Shown here: positions 34,123 through 42,959 of the stretch, in pieces | How the letters are laid out: each line of letters starts with the position of its first letter | Numbering within the stretch: the first letter of the stretch is position 1 | Assembly: GCA_963828525.1 (NCBI GenBank) | Contig: CAWHEP010000014.1 | Coordinates: forward strand, 256,001-320,000 | DNA length: 64,000 bases | From: an uncultured Verrucomicrobiae bacterium | Lineage (GTDB): Bacteria > Verrucomicrobiota > Verrucomicrobiia > Chthoniobacterales > Chthoniobacteraceae | Reading direction: 5' to 3' | Notes under the pieces: generated by a model | What the model was told of the DNA's origin: nothing | The model's database searches: none | Seen by the model: only the letters and a program-made list of their open reading frames with translations | Made by a program: the position numbers and the translations under genes

Positions 34123-34309
34123 GACTCAAGCGTAAATCTCATGTAAACCTCGCTCACAGCGATCTTCTCCCGGTCTTCACGCTGTCGTAGCTGCTATTGC
34201 GAAAGGGCGCTCCCAGCGGCCCCGTTTACAAGAATGCTTTCTTCCCGGCAATCGCCCAGGTCGAGGCCCGAATCCACCAGCACTTAACCGGCTGGAGTTA
34301 TGCCATTCG

Positions 34310-36199
34310 TCAAATCTCGATCTGAGAGTCAATTTCAATTGTGCGGTCCCCTGGCATTTGAAAATACTCCGAAGCTTTTTGCGCGGTGCGACACATAAAA
34401 ATAAACACTCCTTCACGCCATTTAGGTAGTCCCTTGTTCGGCGTCGCAATAAAATTCCTCCCGCTCAGAAAGAAGGATGTCGACTGCGGGTCAATACTCA
34501 AAGCCTGCCTGCCCATGCAGTCGAGAATTTCGCGAATGGTCGGATGTTCCATGAAGCCAAAACTGGCTATGATCTGGTAAAAGTTGTCCTGCAAGGGGAT
34601 CACCTCAAGGCGTCCGGCGGATCTGCGTCTCGGGACCCGGTCTGTAATTATGGTCAACACGATATTCCTCTCGTGAAGAACGTGATTGTGTTTTAAATTC
34701 TGGACCAGCGCGCTAGGCGTGCCTTGCAACCAGCCGGTCAGAAATATGGCGGTTCCCTTAACACGCTCGGAAATAATCTCCACCGTCGAACTGCCAGAAC
34801 TGAGCGCCCCGACGAAATCCTTCAACGGTGTTCCGGACTCCAGTTCCTGCTCTTCGATGACTTTTCCACCCATCTTCCATGTAGTCATCAAGTAGAAGAG
34901 AACTGCCCCGATACACAAAGGCAGCCAGCCGCCGTGAAAAATCTTGAGCGCGTTGGACGCGAAGAAGGCAAGTTCCACGCAGGCAAATACAATGCAGATC
35001 GCGCCACCCTTCATCGGACTCCATCGCCAGAGGCGCTGGCAGGCGAAAAAGAACAGGCAGGTCGTGGTCAGCATCGTCAAAGTGACTGCCACGCCGTAAG
35101 CCGAAGCAAGAGCGGAACTGCTCCTGAACCCGATCACTAACGCCATGCATGCGGCTGCCAAGGCATAGTTTACGTTCGGTATGTAGATCTGACCTGAGGC
35201 GGTCTCATTTGTGTGCAAGACCGTCATTCGAGGCAGATATCCCATCTGCATGGCTTGCATCGTCAGCGAGAAAACGCCTGAAATCAGAGCTTGCGAAGCG
35301 ATGACGGTGGCTGCCGTCGCAAGCACGACGAGCGGCGCCAGCGCCCAGCCGGGGGCAAGAAGGAAAAAGGGGTTCTCGACGGCTTTCGGCTGAGAGATCA
35401 CCAGCGCGCCCTGGCCGAGGTAATTAAGCGCCAGGCTGGGTAGGACCAGGAGGTTCCACCCCAATTGAATGGGACGCCGCCCGAAATGTCCGAGATCGGC
35501 ATAAAGCGCCTCGCCGCCCGTTACGGCAAGGAAGACACTTCCCAGCACGATCATTGCGCTCCTGGCGTGCTCGATCAGATAGCGTCCTCCCGCGTAAGGG
35601 TTCGCCGCGCGCAAGATTTCCCAATGCCCGATCACGTGCGTGATGCCCATGAGCGCCATAATGAAGAACCACAAAAGCATCACCACGCCAAAAACCTTCC
35701 CGACCCGGCCCGAGCCTTTGCACTGAATCGCAAAAAGAGCAAAGAGGATGCCGATCGTCAGGGGAACGGTGAACCTGCTGAAAGTGGAGGAGAGCAGTGT
35801 CAACCCTTCGACGGACGAAAGAACCGAAATGGCCGGCGTTATAACGCCATCCCCGTAAAGAAGCGCGGCCCCGGCTATCCCCAGCGCGGTCATAACAGTG
35901 ACAGTGCGGCCGGAATTTGGAGCGCCTTTCTCCGGGAACGCGAGGGAGAGAAGGCTGAGTATCCCGCCTTCTCCCTGGTTATCAGCGCGCAGAATGAGGC
36001 CGGCGTATTTGACGGAGACCAGAATGATGAGGCTCCACAGAATCAAGGAGACGATCCCGAAAACATCTTCTCGGGAAGAACCTTGCGCCAGGCATTCCTT
36101 AAACGCGTAAAGGGGGCTGGTGCCAATGTCGCCGAACACGACGCCAAGGGCGGCCACGGCTAAGGGGAGCGTCTTTTGCTTCGGCGAATCCTCTGGCAT
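34310..36199 (-). CDS. kup: KUP/HAK/KT potassium transporter
   Basis: GVVFGDIGTSPLYA, ADNQGEGG, GDGVITPAISVLS, EALYADLGHFG, GQIYIP. Confidence 0.97.
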   Translation of the reverse strand: MPEDSPKQKTLPLAVAALGVVFGDIGTSPLYAFKECLAQGSSREDVFGIVSLILWSLIILVSVKYAGLILRADNQGEGGILSLLSLAFPEKGAPNSGRTVTVMTALGIAGAALLYGDGVITPAISVLSSVEGLTLLSSTFSRFTVPLTIGILFALFAIQCKGSGRVGKVFGVVMLLWFFIMALMGITHVIGHWEILRAANPYAGGRYLIEHARSAMIVLGSVFLAVTGGEALYADLGHFGRRPIQLGWNLLVLPSLALNYLGQGALVISQPKAVENPFFLLAPGWALAPLVVLATAATVIASQALISGVFSLTMQAMQMGYLPRMTVLHTNETASGQIYIPNVNYALAAACMALVIGFRSSSALASAYGVAVTLTMLTTTCLFFFACQRLWRWSPMKGGAICIVFACVELAFFASNALKIFHGGWLPLCIGAVLFYLMTTWKMGGKVIEEQELESGTPLKDFVGALSSGSSTVEIISERVKGTAIFLTGWLQGTPSALVQNLKHNHVLHERNIVLTIITDRVPRRRSAGRLEVIPLQDNFYQIIASFGFMEHPTIREILDCMGRQALSIDPQSTSFFLSGRNFIATPNKGLPKWREGVFIFMCRTAQKASEYFQMPGDRTIEIDSQIEI

Positions 36200-36330
36200 C
36201 CCGGGTAGCTATTCGGATTTGGAAGTGATAGCTGGCTCTAACCCCAAAGCTTCGCCTCACAATTCATAATTCAGAAGATTAAAAAATCAGCGATGTTGCA
36301 GTCGCTTACACCGTCTCGTATTTTCCAGCC

Positions 36331-36531
36331 ATGTCCAAGGCGGAGCAAATCAAAGCCGAGATTGATGCGCTATCTTGGCAGGAACGCTGCGAACTCAACG
36401 CCTTGCTCCAGAGCTGGCCGGGTGACGACTAGGACCGCCAAATGGCATCAGAGGGCAAGTTTGATCGCCTGATAGAGGAAGCCGGGCACGAATACCGCAG
36501 CGGAGAGTGCCGCGCCTGGCCGAAAGCTTAG
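36331..36531 (+). pseudogene. Small helical antitoxin-like protein with an internal TAG
   Basis: Manual translation: MSKAEQIKAEIDALSWQERCELNALLQSWPGDD*DRQMASEGKFDRLIEEAGHEYRSGECRAWPKA*. The TAG at 36430-36432 sits where this small-protein family has W (D-W-D-R-Q). Confidence 0.6.
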
Positions 36532-36600
36532 ATCATTCATCGCTTCCACTCCGTTTGCCCTTCTGCGCTTGTCCAGCCGTTCCGCCGCGCCCCTGAACCA

Positions 36601-38164
36601 TCACACCCCCGCCGAAACCAGCGCCCCGCTCTCTCGTAGCGGCGCCTGTTTTGAATGTGGCACGCTCATCTCGAGCTGGGAGCGATAACGGAGATGCCGG
36701 CGCCGGGACCAATCCACGAGTGGGCGCCACACCGTGTGGACGAGATCGTGTTTTATGAGCAGATGCCAGAACCGGTTCGAGCGTTTGTACAGGTAGGACA
36801 TCGCTAGGTAGGGAAGGACGGCGCTCGGCTCTTCCGGCCTGCGCTGCCAGATGGATCGGTGCGAGAAGAGGCGTTGATAGAATCCAGCCGTATCCGCGCG
36901 CGAGTTCCTCCGGGCTCATGTGCTTGGGTTGGAACACGACGTGAGCGGTGTCATACTGGCTCCAGTCACGGTGCAGTAAGCGCCCCTCGCTTTCCATCTG
37001 CGCGAAGAGCGGAGTGCCGGGGTACGGCGTGAGTATGTGGAAAGTCGCGCACTCGAGCTTGTTCTCTTCGATCCAGCCCGCCGTTGTCGCGAACACATCG
37101 CGGCGGTCTTCATCGAAGCCGAGCACAAAGCTTCCGTTTACCTGGATGCCATGGTCTCGCAGTATGCCGACGCGGCGCGCGTATTCCTTTGTGCGCGGTG
37201 ATCGCTTCCGCGCGCTCGCGATATTCGCGTCCGAGAGGCTTTCGAACCCGACAAACACGCCCGTGCAACCCGCGAGCGCCATCTCGCGGATCAGCGTAGG
37301 GTCGTCGGTCACGTCTAGCGTCACGGCGGCGCTCCAGATCTTTTCCAGCGGTCGTAACGCTCTGCACAATGCGCGAAGATACTCCGGTCGTGAACCCAGA
37401 TTGTTGTCGATGAAGACGGCGTACGGCTGATCGTCCGCTAGGAACTCCCCGGTGATCTGAGTCGTGTCTCGCGTCCGATAGGGCATCCGCAGTCCAGCCG
37501 TGGAGAGGAAGCAGAATCCGCATCGATTGTGGCAGCCGCGCGTGGCGATCAAGCTGCTGGTCGTAAGAAAGCTCTTCCGTGGCAGAAGGTCCCGGCGCGG
37601 CGGCGGGTCTTCCCGGTATTCGGTCTCATACATAGCTTTGTAGAGCGGCTGCAGTTTGCCGTTCTCAAAATCCCGCAGGATCAAAGGCCAGAGTTGTATG
37701 CCATCGCCAACCGCGAGCGCGTCCGCATGCGGCGCGCATTCCTCAGGGCAGGAGAGAACATGCAGGCCGCCAAGGATCACTTTGCTCCCGCGCTTCCGGT
37801 ACCACGCCGCCAGTTCAAAAGCGCGTCGTGAGAAGGTGAGATGAACGGTGATGCCGACGATGGCTGGAGGGGGATCACTGGGGGGAGAGCCGTGCAGAAG
37901 ATTCTCGTCCCAGTATCGCAGCGTCCAATGCGCCGGAGTCGCCCCGGCGAAGCTTGTGAGCGCGAGCGTAGGCGTGAGAACGTGTTTCCCCAGGCTGGCA
38001 TGGGCATCCTTTTTATAGAAAGGGTTCAGCAGCAACGCGCTGAACGCCCGAACGGGGGAGCATGGTAGCTCATGACCGAGGGGGGGAGGCTCGCTCATTT
38101 CTTTGGGCAGCCATAAGGCTTTGAGCTTTGCGCGAAACGGTTCTTCGGGGTCGATGGCTTTCAT
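36601..38164 (-). CDS. B12-binding domain radical SAM protein (frameshift near 36880)
   Basis: N-terminal cobalamin-binding-like region (VGIT...VILGGLH), RGCHNRCGFC, GFES, TPYPGTPL; the C-terminus continues in ORF 36601-36801. Confidence 0.9.
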
Positions 38165-38199
38165 TTTGTGGGTAGTGAGACGCCGCAATCCAGTTGGTC

Positions 38200-39036
38200 T
38201 TACTTGAATGATTCCAGACGCTCTCGCGCGGCCATCACTGTTTCCTGGAGCGTCGAGGTGCCTCCGGTGAGTCCGACGACGCGCGTGTCCTTGAACCATT
38301 CTCTGCGGAGCTCTTCGCTCCGCTCCACATGGTATGCCGCCACGCCCGCCGCCTCGCATCTGGCGACCAGTTCACGCGTGTTGTTGCTGGCAAACCCACC
38401 GACGATGACCATTGCGTCCACTTCCCCGAGGAGGCTTTTCAGCGCGCGTTGCCGATCCTTCGTCGGCTTGCAGATCGTGTCGCAAAACAGCACCTCCGCG
38501 GTCGGTCGCTCCCGCCGCAGGCAACCGATTAACTCTTGAACGCGGTCAAGTCTCTGTGTCGTTTGCGAAATTACGCCATACCGCTCCTTCACAGGCAGAA
38601 CACCAATGTCTGCTGATGTTTCGATGACGCATGCCTCTGGGAAGTCGCCGATCAGCCCGTTTACCTCCACATGTCCGCGCTGTCCCACGACCACTGGGAA
38701 ATATCCCTCGCTGACCAGGGACTGAAGCTGTTCGTGCGCGTGTCGCACGAGCGGGCACGTGCCGTCCGCCACCGCATGCCCCGCGTCTAGCCAGGCCCGT
38801 CGGCGAGTATCAGATGCGCCATGAGCCGTGATCATTACCTGCTTTGTGGGCGCTTCGCCCGGCATGTCGAGCGGGCTTTCGTGGATGCCCGCGGCGGCAA
38901 GGCGCGCGCGAGCCACCGGATTATGGACGAGTTCCCCCAGGATGGTGAGGGGTTCTTTCGCCAGGGCCTCCGCTGCGCGCAGGGCGTCCCGCACTCCGAA
39001 ACACATTCCGTAATGAGCTGCCATTTTTATGATCAT
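38200..39036 (-). CDS. ispH: 4-hydroxy-3-methylbut-2-enyl diphosphate reductase
   Basis: GMCFGV, LVHN, TAHG, DGTCPLV, GHVEV, SQTT, DTICKPTKDRQ, SNNT. Confidence 0.95.
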   Translation of the reverse strand: MIIKMAAHYGMCFGVRDALRAAEALAKEPLTILGELVHNPVARARLAAAGIHESPLDMPGEAPTKQVMITAHGASDTRRRAWLDAGHAVADGTCPLVRHAHEQLQSLVSEGYFPVVVGQRGHVEVNGLIGDFPEACVIETSADIGVLPVKERYGVISQTTQRLDRVQELIGCLRRERPTAEVLFCDTICKPTKDRQRALKSLLGEVDAMVIVGGFASNNTRELVARCEAAGVAAYHVERSEELRREWFKDTRVVGLTGGTSTLQETVMAARERLESFK

Positions 39037-39041
39037 AACTT

Positions 39042-39060
39042 TACTTTGTGCGGCAAAGCA
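39042..39060. promoter_or_regulatory. Palindromic operator copy 2 (TACTTTG-N5-CAAAGCA) just upstream of ispH
   Basis: tactttg tgcgg caaagca, 5 nt upstream of the ispH ATG; matches copy 1. Confidence 0.7.
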
Positions 39061-39076
39061 TCCGCGCAAAAACTTT

Positions 39077-39373
39077 CTACGCGCGCGCTGCTTTCACGAT
39101 TTCCTCGAGCACTGACAAATACTTTTGGAATGCCGCGCGACCCGCCGCCGTAAGCGAGTAGCTGGTCTGCGGACGGTCCAGGACTTCCTTTGTCACCGCC
39201 ACGTATCCGCAATCATGCAATGTCCGCAGATGCGAGACGAGATTCCCATCGCTCATCTTGAGTTCCGTTTTCAGATCCCCAAATGTCCGGGTCGCGCGGC
39301 TTGCCAGCAATGTCATGATTGCGAGGCGTCCTTTCTCGTGGATGGTCTTGTCGAGCCTGTCAAAGTCCAGCAT
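39077..39373 (-). CDS. Winged-helix transcriptional regulator (MarR/ArsR-like, HTH_34)
   Basis: LDKTIHEKGRLAIMTLL...FGDLKTELKMSDGNLVSHLRTL...T.YSLTAAGRAAF..Y. Confidence 0.92.
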   Translation of the reverse strand: MLDFDRLDKTIHEKGRLAIMTLLASRATRTFGDLKTELKMSDGNLVSHLRTLHDCGYVAVTKEVLDRPQTSYSLTAAGRAAFQKYLSVLEEIVKAARA

Positions 39374-39377
39374 GAGG

Positions 39378-39965
39378 TCATCGGGCGCGGCGCGGCCAGG
39401 CGCTTGCCGCGTAGAAAAGGTGAAATAGCCCGAAGGTCGCGCCCATCGCCTGATAGGGGTATGTCGCTCCGGGCCCGTAACGAAACACCCAGAGTGAATC
39501 CAGGCACCCAGCCGCTGTGAACGCCGCGCCCAGGAAGGAGATTGAGCGGGGGGCGAAGTGGCCCGTTGCGAGAAGAGCGAGGCCGTAGAAGAGCATCAGG
39601 ATCGGAGGCGCCGACACGCACGAAAGCAGGAAGAAGAAAAAGCCTCCCACGAGCATCGCGGGCAGCACGGCGCGCAGCGCCATTTTCATTCCGGGCGAGA
39701 TAATAGGGTCGCCCCGCCTCTTTGCTTCGGTCGAGATGTATAGCGTATTTGCCGCCAGCGTGAGGAGAAGCGTGATTCCCCAAGTTACGCGGAAAGCCCA
39801 GTCACCGCCGGTCGTCTTCCAATCCATGGGCAACCAGGCGAGCGCCACAGCCAGCAGCCCTCCGGTCAGCGCGGTCGGAGCGGAGATCGCGCGATAGATG
39901 GTTGCGCGTTCCATGAGTTCACGGATGACCTTCAGGTGCTCTTCGGCGCGCTGCTGTTCATTCAT
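39378..39965 (-). CDS. Conserved integral membrane protein
   Basis: AEEHLKVIRELMERAT N-terminus, about 6 TM helices, FYGLAL and FGLFH..Y motifs; typical partner of HTH_34 regulators. Confidence 0.8.
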   Translation of the reverse strand: MNEQQRAEEHLKVIRELMERATIYRAISAPTALTGGLLAVALAWLPMDWKTTGGDWAFRVTWGITLLLTLAANTLYISTEAKRRGDPIISPGMKMALRAVLPAMLVGGFFFFLLSCVSAPPILMLFYGLALLATGHFAPRSISFLGAAFTAAGCLDSLWVFRYGPGATYPYQAMGATFGLFHLFYAASAWPRRAR

Positions 39966-39970
39966 TGAAC

Positions 39971-39991
39971 ATACTTTGCCGTACAAAGTAT
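39971..39991. promoter_or_regulatory. Palindromic operator copy 1 (ATACTTTG-N5-CAAAGTAT)
   Basis: Perfect 8-bp inverted repeat atactttg ccgta caaagtat, 5 nt upstream of the operon's first ATG. Confidence 0.75.
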
Positions 39992-40065
39992 TGCCGCGCA
40001 AGCTCCGTTTTTGCTATCGAAGTCGCTTGCCCGGAAATTCGCTTTCCCGCGTAAACGTCCTGAAA

Positions 40066-40104
40066 AGCAAAAACACCGCGTAACGGAAATTCCGTAACGC
40101 GGTG
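40066..40104 (-). terminator. Rho-independent terminator after the pagL-like gene
   Basis: Minus strand CACCGCGTTACGGAA-T-TTCCGTTACGCGGTG (near-perfect stem) followed by TTTTTGCTTTT. Confidence 0.75.
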
Positions 40105-40130
40105 AAATGCTTTAGCTGATTCGGCGGACG

Positions 40131-40793
40131 TTAGAAAAAGTAGCAGACGCCGAAGAGGCCGCCGAACGTGTCCAGACCGAGGTTGCGATCCGCCATATTC
40201 GCGTTGGAGATGTGCGTCCAGCCTCCCTCGAGCGTCAGCGCAAGGTTTTCACGCAGCATGAAGTCAACGCCAGCGTGGTTTTGCAGATTGAACTCAAACG
40301 ACTCGCCGACTTCGCGTTGCGAATTGTCTAGATAGATATTGTTGAAGACCATGCCGCCGCCGAGTTCGTAGAAGGGGATGATGCGGCAGCCGGGATGCAC
40401 GAAGTTGTAGCGCATGAGGAAGCTTACTCCCCCAAAGGTTGAGCCTTTGTCATGGCCGGAGTACACCTCGCCGCCGATGCCCTCGAACAGGAATTCAAAA
40501 TTACCGCGAAGAAGTCCACTAAAAAACCCGGTATCCTTGGGGGACGTTAGCATCCGGCCAATCCTTACGCTTTCCTGTGCGAAATCGATCGATTTCCGTC
40601 CAGCGCCGCCGGGAGGAGTGTAAGAGAGGAACGTCCCCGCCATCAGATCGACCTCCGTCACACCCTTTGTGAAGGGCGACTGCATTTCCTCCTTGGTCGC
40701 GGTGGTTGCTGGCGCTTCGGGTCCGGCTTTGGCTTGGAACGCGCTGCCCACTAACAGGATTGCGCTGAGGATGGAAATGGATTGGCTTTTCAT
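40131..40793 (-). CDS. Lipid A 3-O-deacylase PagL-like/acyloxyacyl hydrolase outer-membrane beta-barrel
   Basis: Signal peptide, amphipathic strands, HISNA...NLGLD motif, C-terminal F. Confidence 0.82.
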   Translation of the reverse strand: MKSQSISILSAILLVGSAFQAKAGPEAPATTATKEEMQSPFTKGVTEVDLMAGTFLSYTPPGGAGRKSIDFAQESVRIGRMLTSPKDTGFFSGLLRGNFEFLFEGIGGEVYSGHDKGSTFGGVSFLMRYNFVHPGCRIIPFYELGGGMVFNNIYLDNSQREVGESFEFNLQNHAGVDFMLRENLALTLEGGWTHISNANMADRNLGLDTFGGLFGVCYFF

Positions 40794-41018
40794 AGTTTGG
40801 TTTCTTGGGCGCGGTCATGGGGGATCTCCCCCGGATTGATGGCGCGTCGAAGTTTGGCGGCAATATTACGCCTGTCAAACAATTTTCAGCCCGTCGAAAT
40901 TGCCGGGTGTTGTTGGAAGTGGCGCCAACACGGGCGGTACAATTGCCCTACTGCCCCGCGGAGGTTTTGGCTTTTCACGCCGTCCTGCAGGTAATACACG
41001 TCAGGGAGTTTCGGAGTC

Positions 41019-41555
41019 GTGATTCAACAAGAGCCAACGAATTTGAGGCGACGCATTCGGAGTCTCCTATGGGTTTTCATCCTTGGGTTGATCGTCAGTG
41101 GAGCGACCGCCATTCCGCTTCAAGCTGAAATTAGCCTGCTCTCCCAAATCATAGGGGCAGATGACAATGCCGGCATGGTTCGAGGCGCGCTGGCCCGATG
41201 GATAGAGAAGGTTCACGTCGGCCTTGTTCAGACTGACGCCCGCTACCCCTTCATTGCCTACGGCACGGACTGGCTGGCGTTCGCTCACTTCGTCATCGCC
41301 ATCGCGTTCATCGGGCCTTTGCGCGACCCGGTGAAAAACATCTGGGTTGTTGAGTTCGGGATGATCGCCTGCGCGCTGGTTGTTCCGTTCGCGTTGGGAA
41401 TGGGAGCCGCGCGCGGCATTCCGTTCGGCTGGCGTTTGATCGATTGCTCCTTCGGAGTATTCGGCTTTCTTCCCCTTTGGCTCTGCCGCGGATACATCAT
41501 GGAGCTCGCCCGCATGTCACCGCGAACACCCGGAATGTCCCCGCGCGAAGCGTGA
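41019..41555 (+). CDS. Conserved hypothetical membrane protein
   Basis: SGATAIPL..E, YPFIAYGTDWLAFAH, GPLRDPVKNIW, RGIPFGWRLIDCSFG; 4 TM helices. Confidence 0.78.
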   Translation: MIQQEPTNLRRRIRSLLWVFILGLIVSGATAIPLQAEISLLSQIIGADDNAGMVRGALARWIEKVHVGLVQTDARYPFIAYGTDWLAFAHFVIAIAFIGPLRDPVKNIWVVEFGMIACALVVPFALGMGAARGIPFGWRLIDCSFGVFGFLPLWLCRGYIMELARMSPRTPGMSPREA

Positions 41556-41645
41556 TCGCTGCCGGGGGAGGGGTCTGGATGAGGAAAAGTGGACGCTAGC
41601 TCTGGACTGCTCCACTTTCGATCACACCCAACTTGCTGTGTATTT

Positions 41646-42014
41646 TCACGCAGCCTTCAACGCGAGCATCATCCAACCCGCCAGCAGCAAAAGGCCGCCG
41701 AGCGGAGTCACAGGTCCAAGCCATCGCCACTGAAGGATCGCGAGTCCATATAGACTGCCGCTGAACAGGAAGATTCCCACCAGGAAAAGCGTCCACGCCG
41801 TTAGCGGAACAGGCGAGCGGTTCGCCAAAATCACCAGGATGACAGCGTGGATGAGGTGGTAGAGCACGGCAGTCTTCCAGGTCTCGGTCGCCGTATGAGC
41901 TTCCAGGAGCGGCTTCAGCATGTGCGCCCCAAAGGCGCCGAGCGCTACTCCAAAAAATCCAACCAGCGCGGATATGCGAACGGCGAGAGCGGGTGTCATC
42001 TTGAAACCAAGCAT
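41646..42014 (-). CDS. DUF423 family membrane protein
   Basis: GAFGAH, YHLIHA, LFSGSLY, GPVTPLGG. Confidence 0.92.
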   Translation of the reverse strand: MLGFKMTPALAVRISALVGFFGVALGAFGAHMLKPLLEAHTATETWKTAVLYHLIHAVILVILANRSPVPLTAWTLFLVGIFLFSGSLYGLAILQWRWLGPVTPLGGLLLLAGWMMLALKAA

Positions 42015-42067
42015 CGCCTTATTGCGGCAGTTTGCACGACTATGTTGCCGATGCCACGGTGCTTGCC

Positions 42068-42916
42068 ATGAGGAACGTAGTGATCGCGGGTTGCGGCTTC
42101 GTGGGACTCAATGCGGGAAGGCTCTTTGAAAAGGCCGGCTGGAACGTCGTCGCCCTCACCCACTCCCCGGAGTCGCGGGACGCGCTAAAGAGCGAGCCGT
42201 TCCAGGTGATCGCTTGCGATATCACGCAACCCCCAGAACTCCAGCGCCTCCTACCTGTTGCCGAGCGCTTCGACGCGGTCGTCCACTGCGCAAGTTCCGG
42301 CAGAGGCGGCGCGGAACAATATCGCAAAGTCTATTTCGAAGGAGCCGTTAATCTCTGCGAAGCCCTTTCGCCAGCCACGTTTTTATTCACCAGCAGCACC
42401 TCCGTCTACGCTCAGGCCGACGGCTCTGCCGTTGACGAGAACAGTCCGGCTCAGCCCGACCGTGAGACCGGAAAGATTCTGCTCGAGGCTGAGCAATCTG
42501 TTCTGGCTAGAGGCGGTTTCGTCGCTCGCCTGGCGGGCATCTATGGACCTCGGCGATCCGTTTTGCTAGCCAAATTCCTCGAAGGCCGCGCGGTGATTGA
42601 AGGCGACGGTTCAAGATGGATCAATCAGATCCACCGGGACGACGCCGCCTCCGCGATTTTCTGTCTGGTTAACGGAGGGCATCCGCCCGGAGTGTATAAC
42701 GTCACCGATGACTGCCCTCTCGCCCAGCGAGAATGCTACGAATGGCTCGCCAAGCACTTTGCCCGTCCGCTTCCTCCCTCCGGTCCCATCGATCCAAATC
42801 GAAAGCGGGGATTGACCAGCAAGCGCGTGATGAACGGAAAACTCCGCGCCTGCGGCTGGGCGCCCAGATACGCATCCTTCAAAGACGCTGTTCTGAACGA
42901 TCCCGGCTTGCTATAA
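42068..42916 (+). CDS. NAD-dependent epimerase/dehydratase (atypical SDR)
   Basis: IAGCGFVG, TSSTSVY, RLAGIYGP, NQIHRDD. Confidence 0.9.
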   Translation: MRNVVIAGCGFVGLNAGRLFEKAGWNVVALTHSPESRDALKSEPFQVIACDITQPPELQRLLPVAERFDAVVHCASSGRGGAEQYRKVYFEGAVNLCEALSPATFLFTSSTSVYAQADGSAVDENSPAQPDRETGKILLEAEQSVLARGGFVARLAGIYGPRRSVLLAKFLEGRAVIEGDGSRWINQIHRDDAASAIFCLVNGGHPPGVYNVTDDCPLAQRECYEWLAKHFARPLPPSGPIDPNRKRGLTSKRVMNGKLRACGWAPRYASFKDAVLNDPGLL

Positions 42917-42959
42917 GCATCTGCTTTCCATTGCTCCAGGTGCTGGGTCGCAATCCCCC

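Noticed and set aside
36200..36330. c-di-AMP (ydaO) riboswitch upstream of kup
   Set aside because: The region is short and AT-rich and lacks recognisable conserved riboswitch motifs.
32420..36531. Integrative element at tRNA-Ser
   Set aside because: The TA genes lie on the 5' side of the tRNA; no integrase and no duplicated tRNA 3' end were found.
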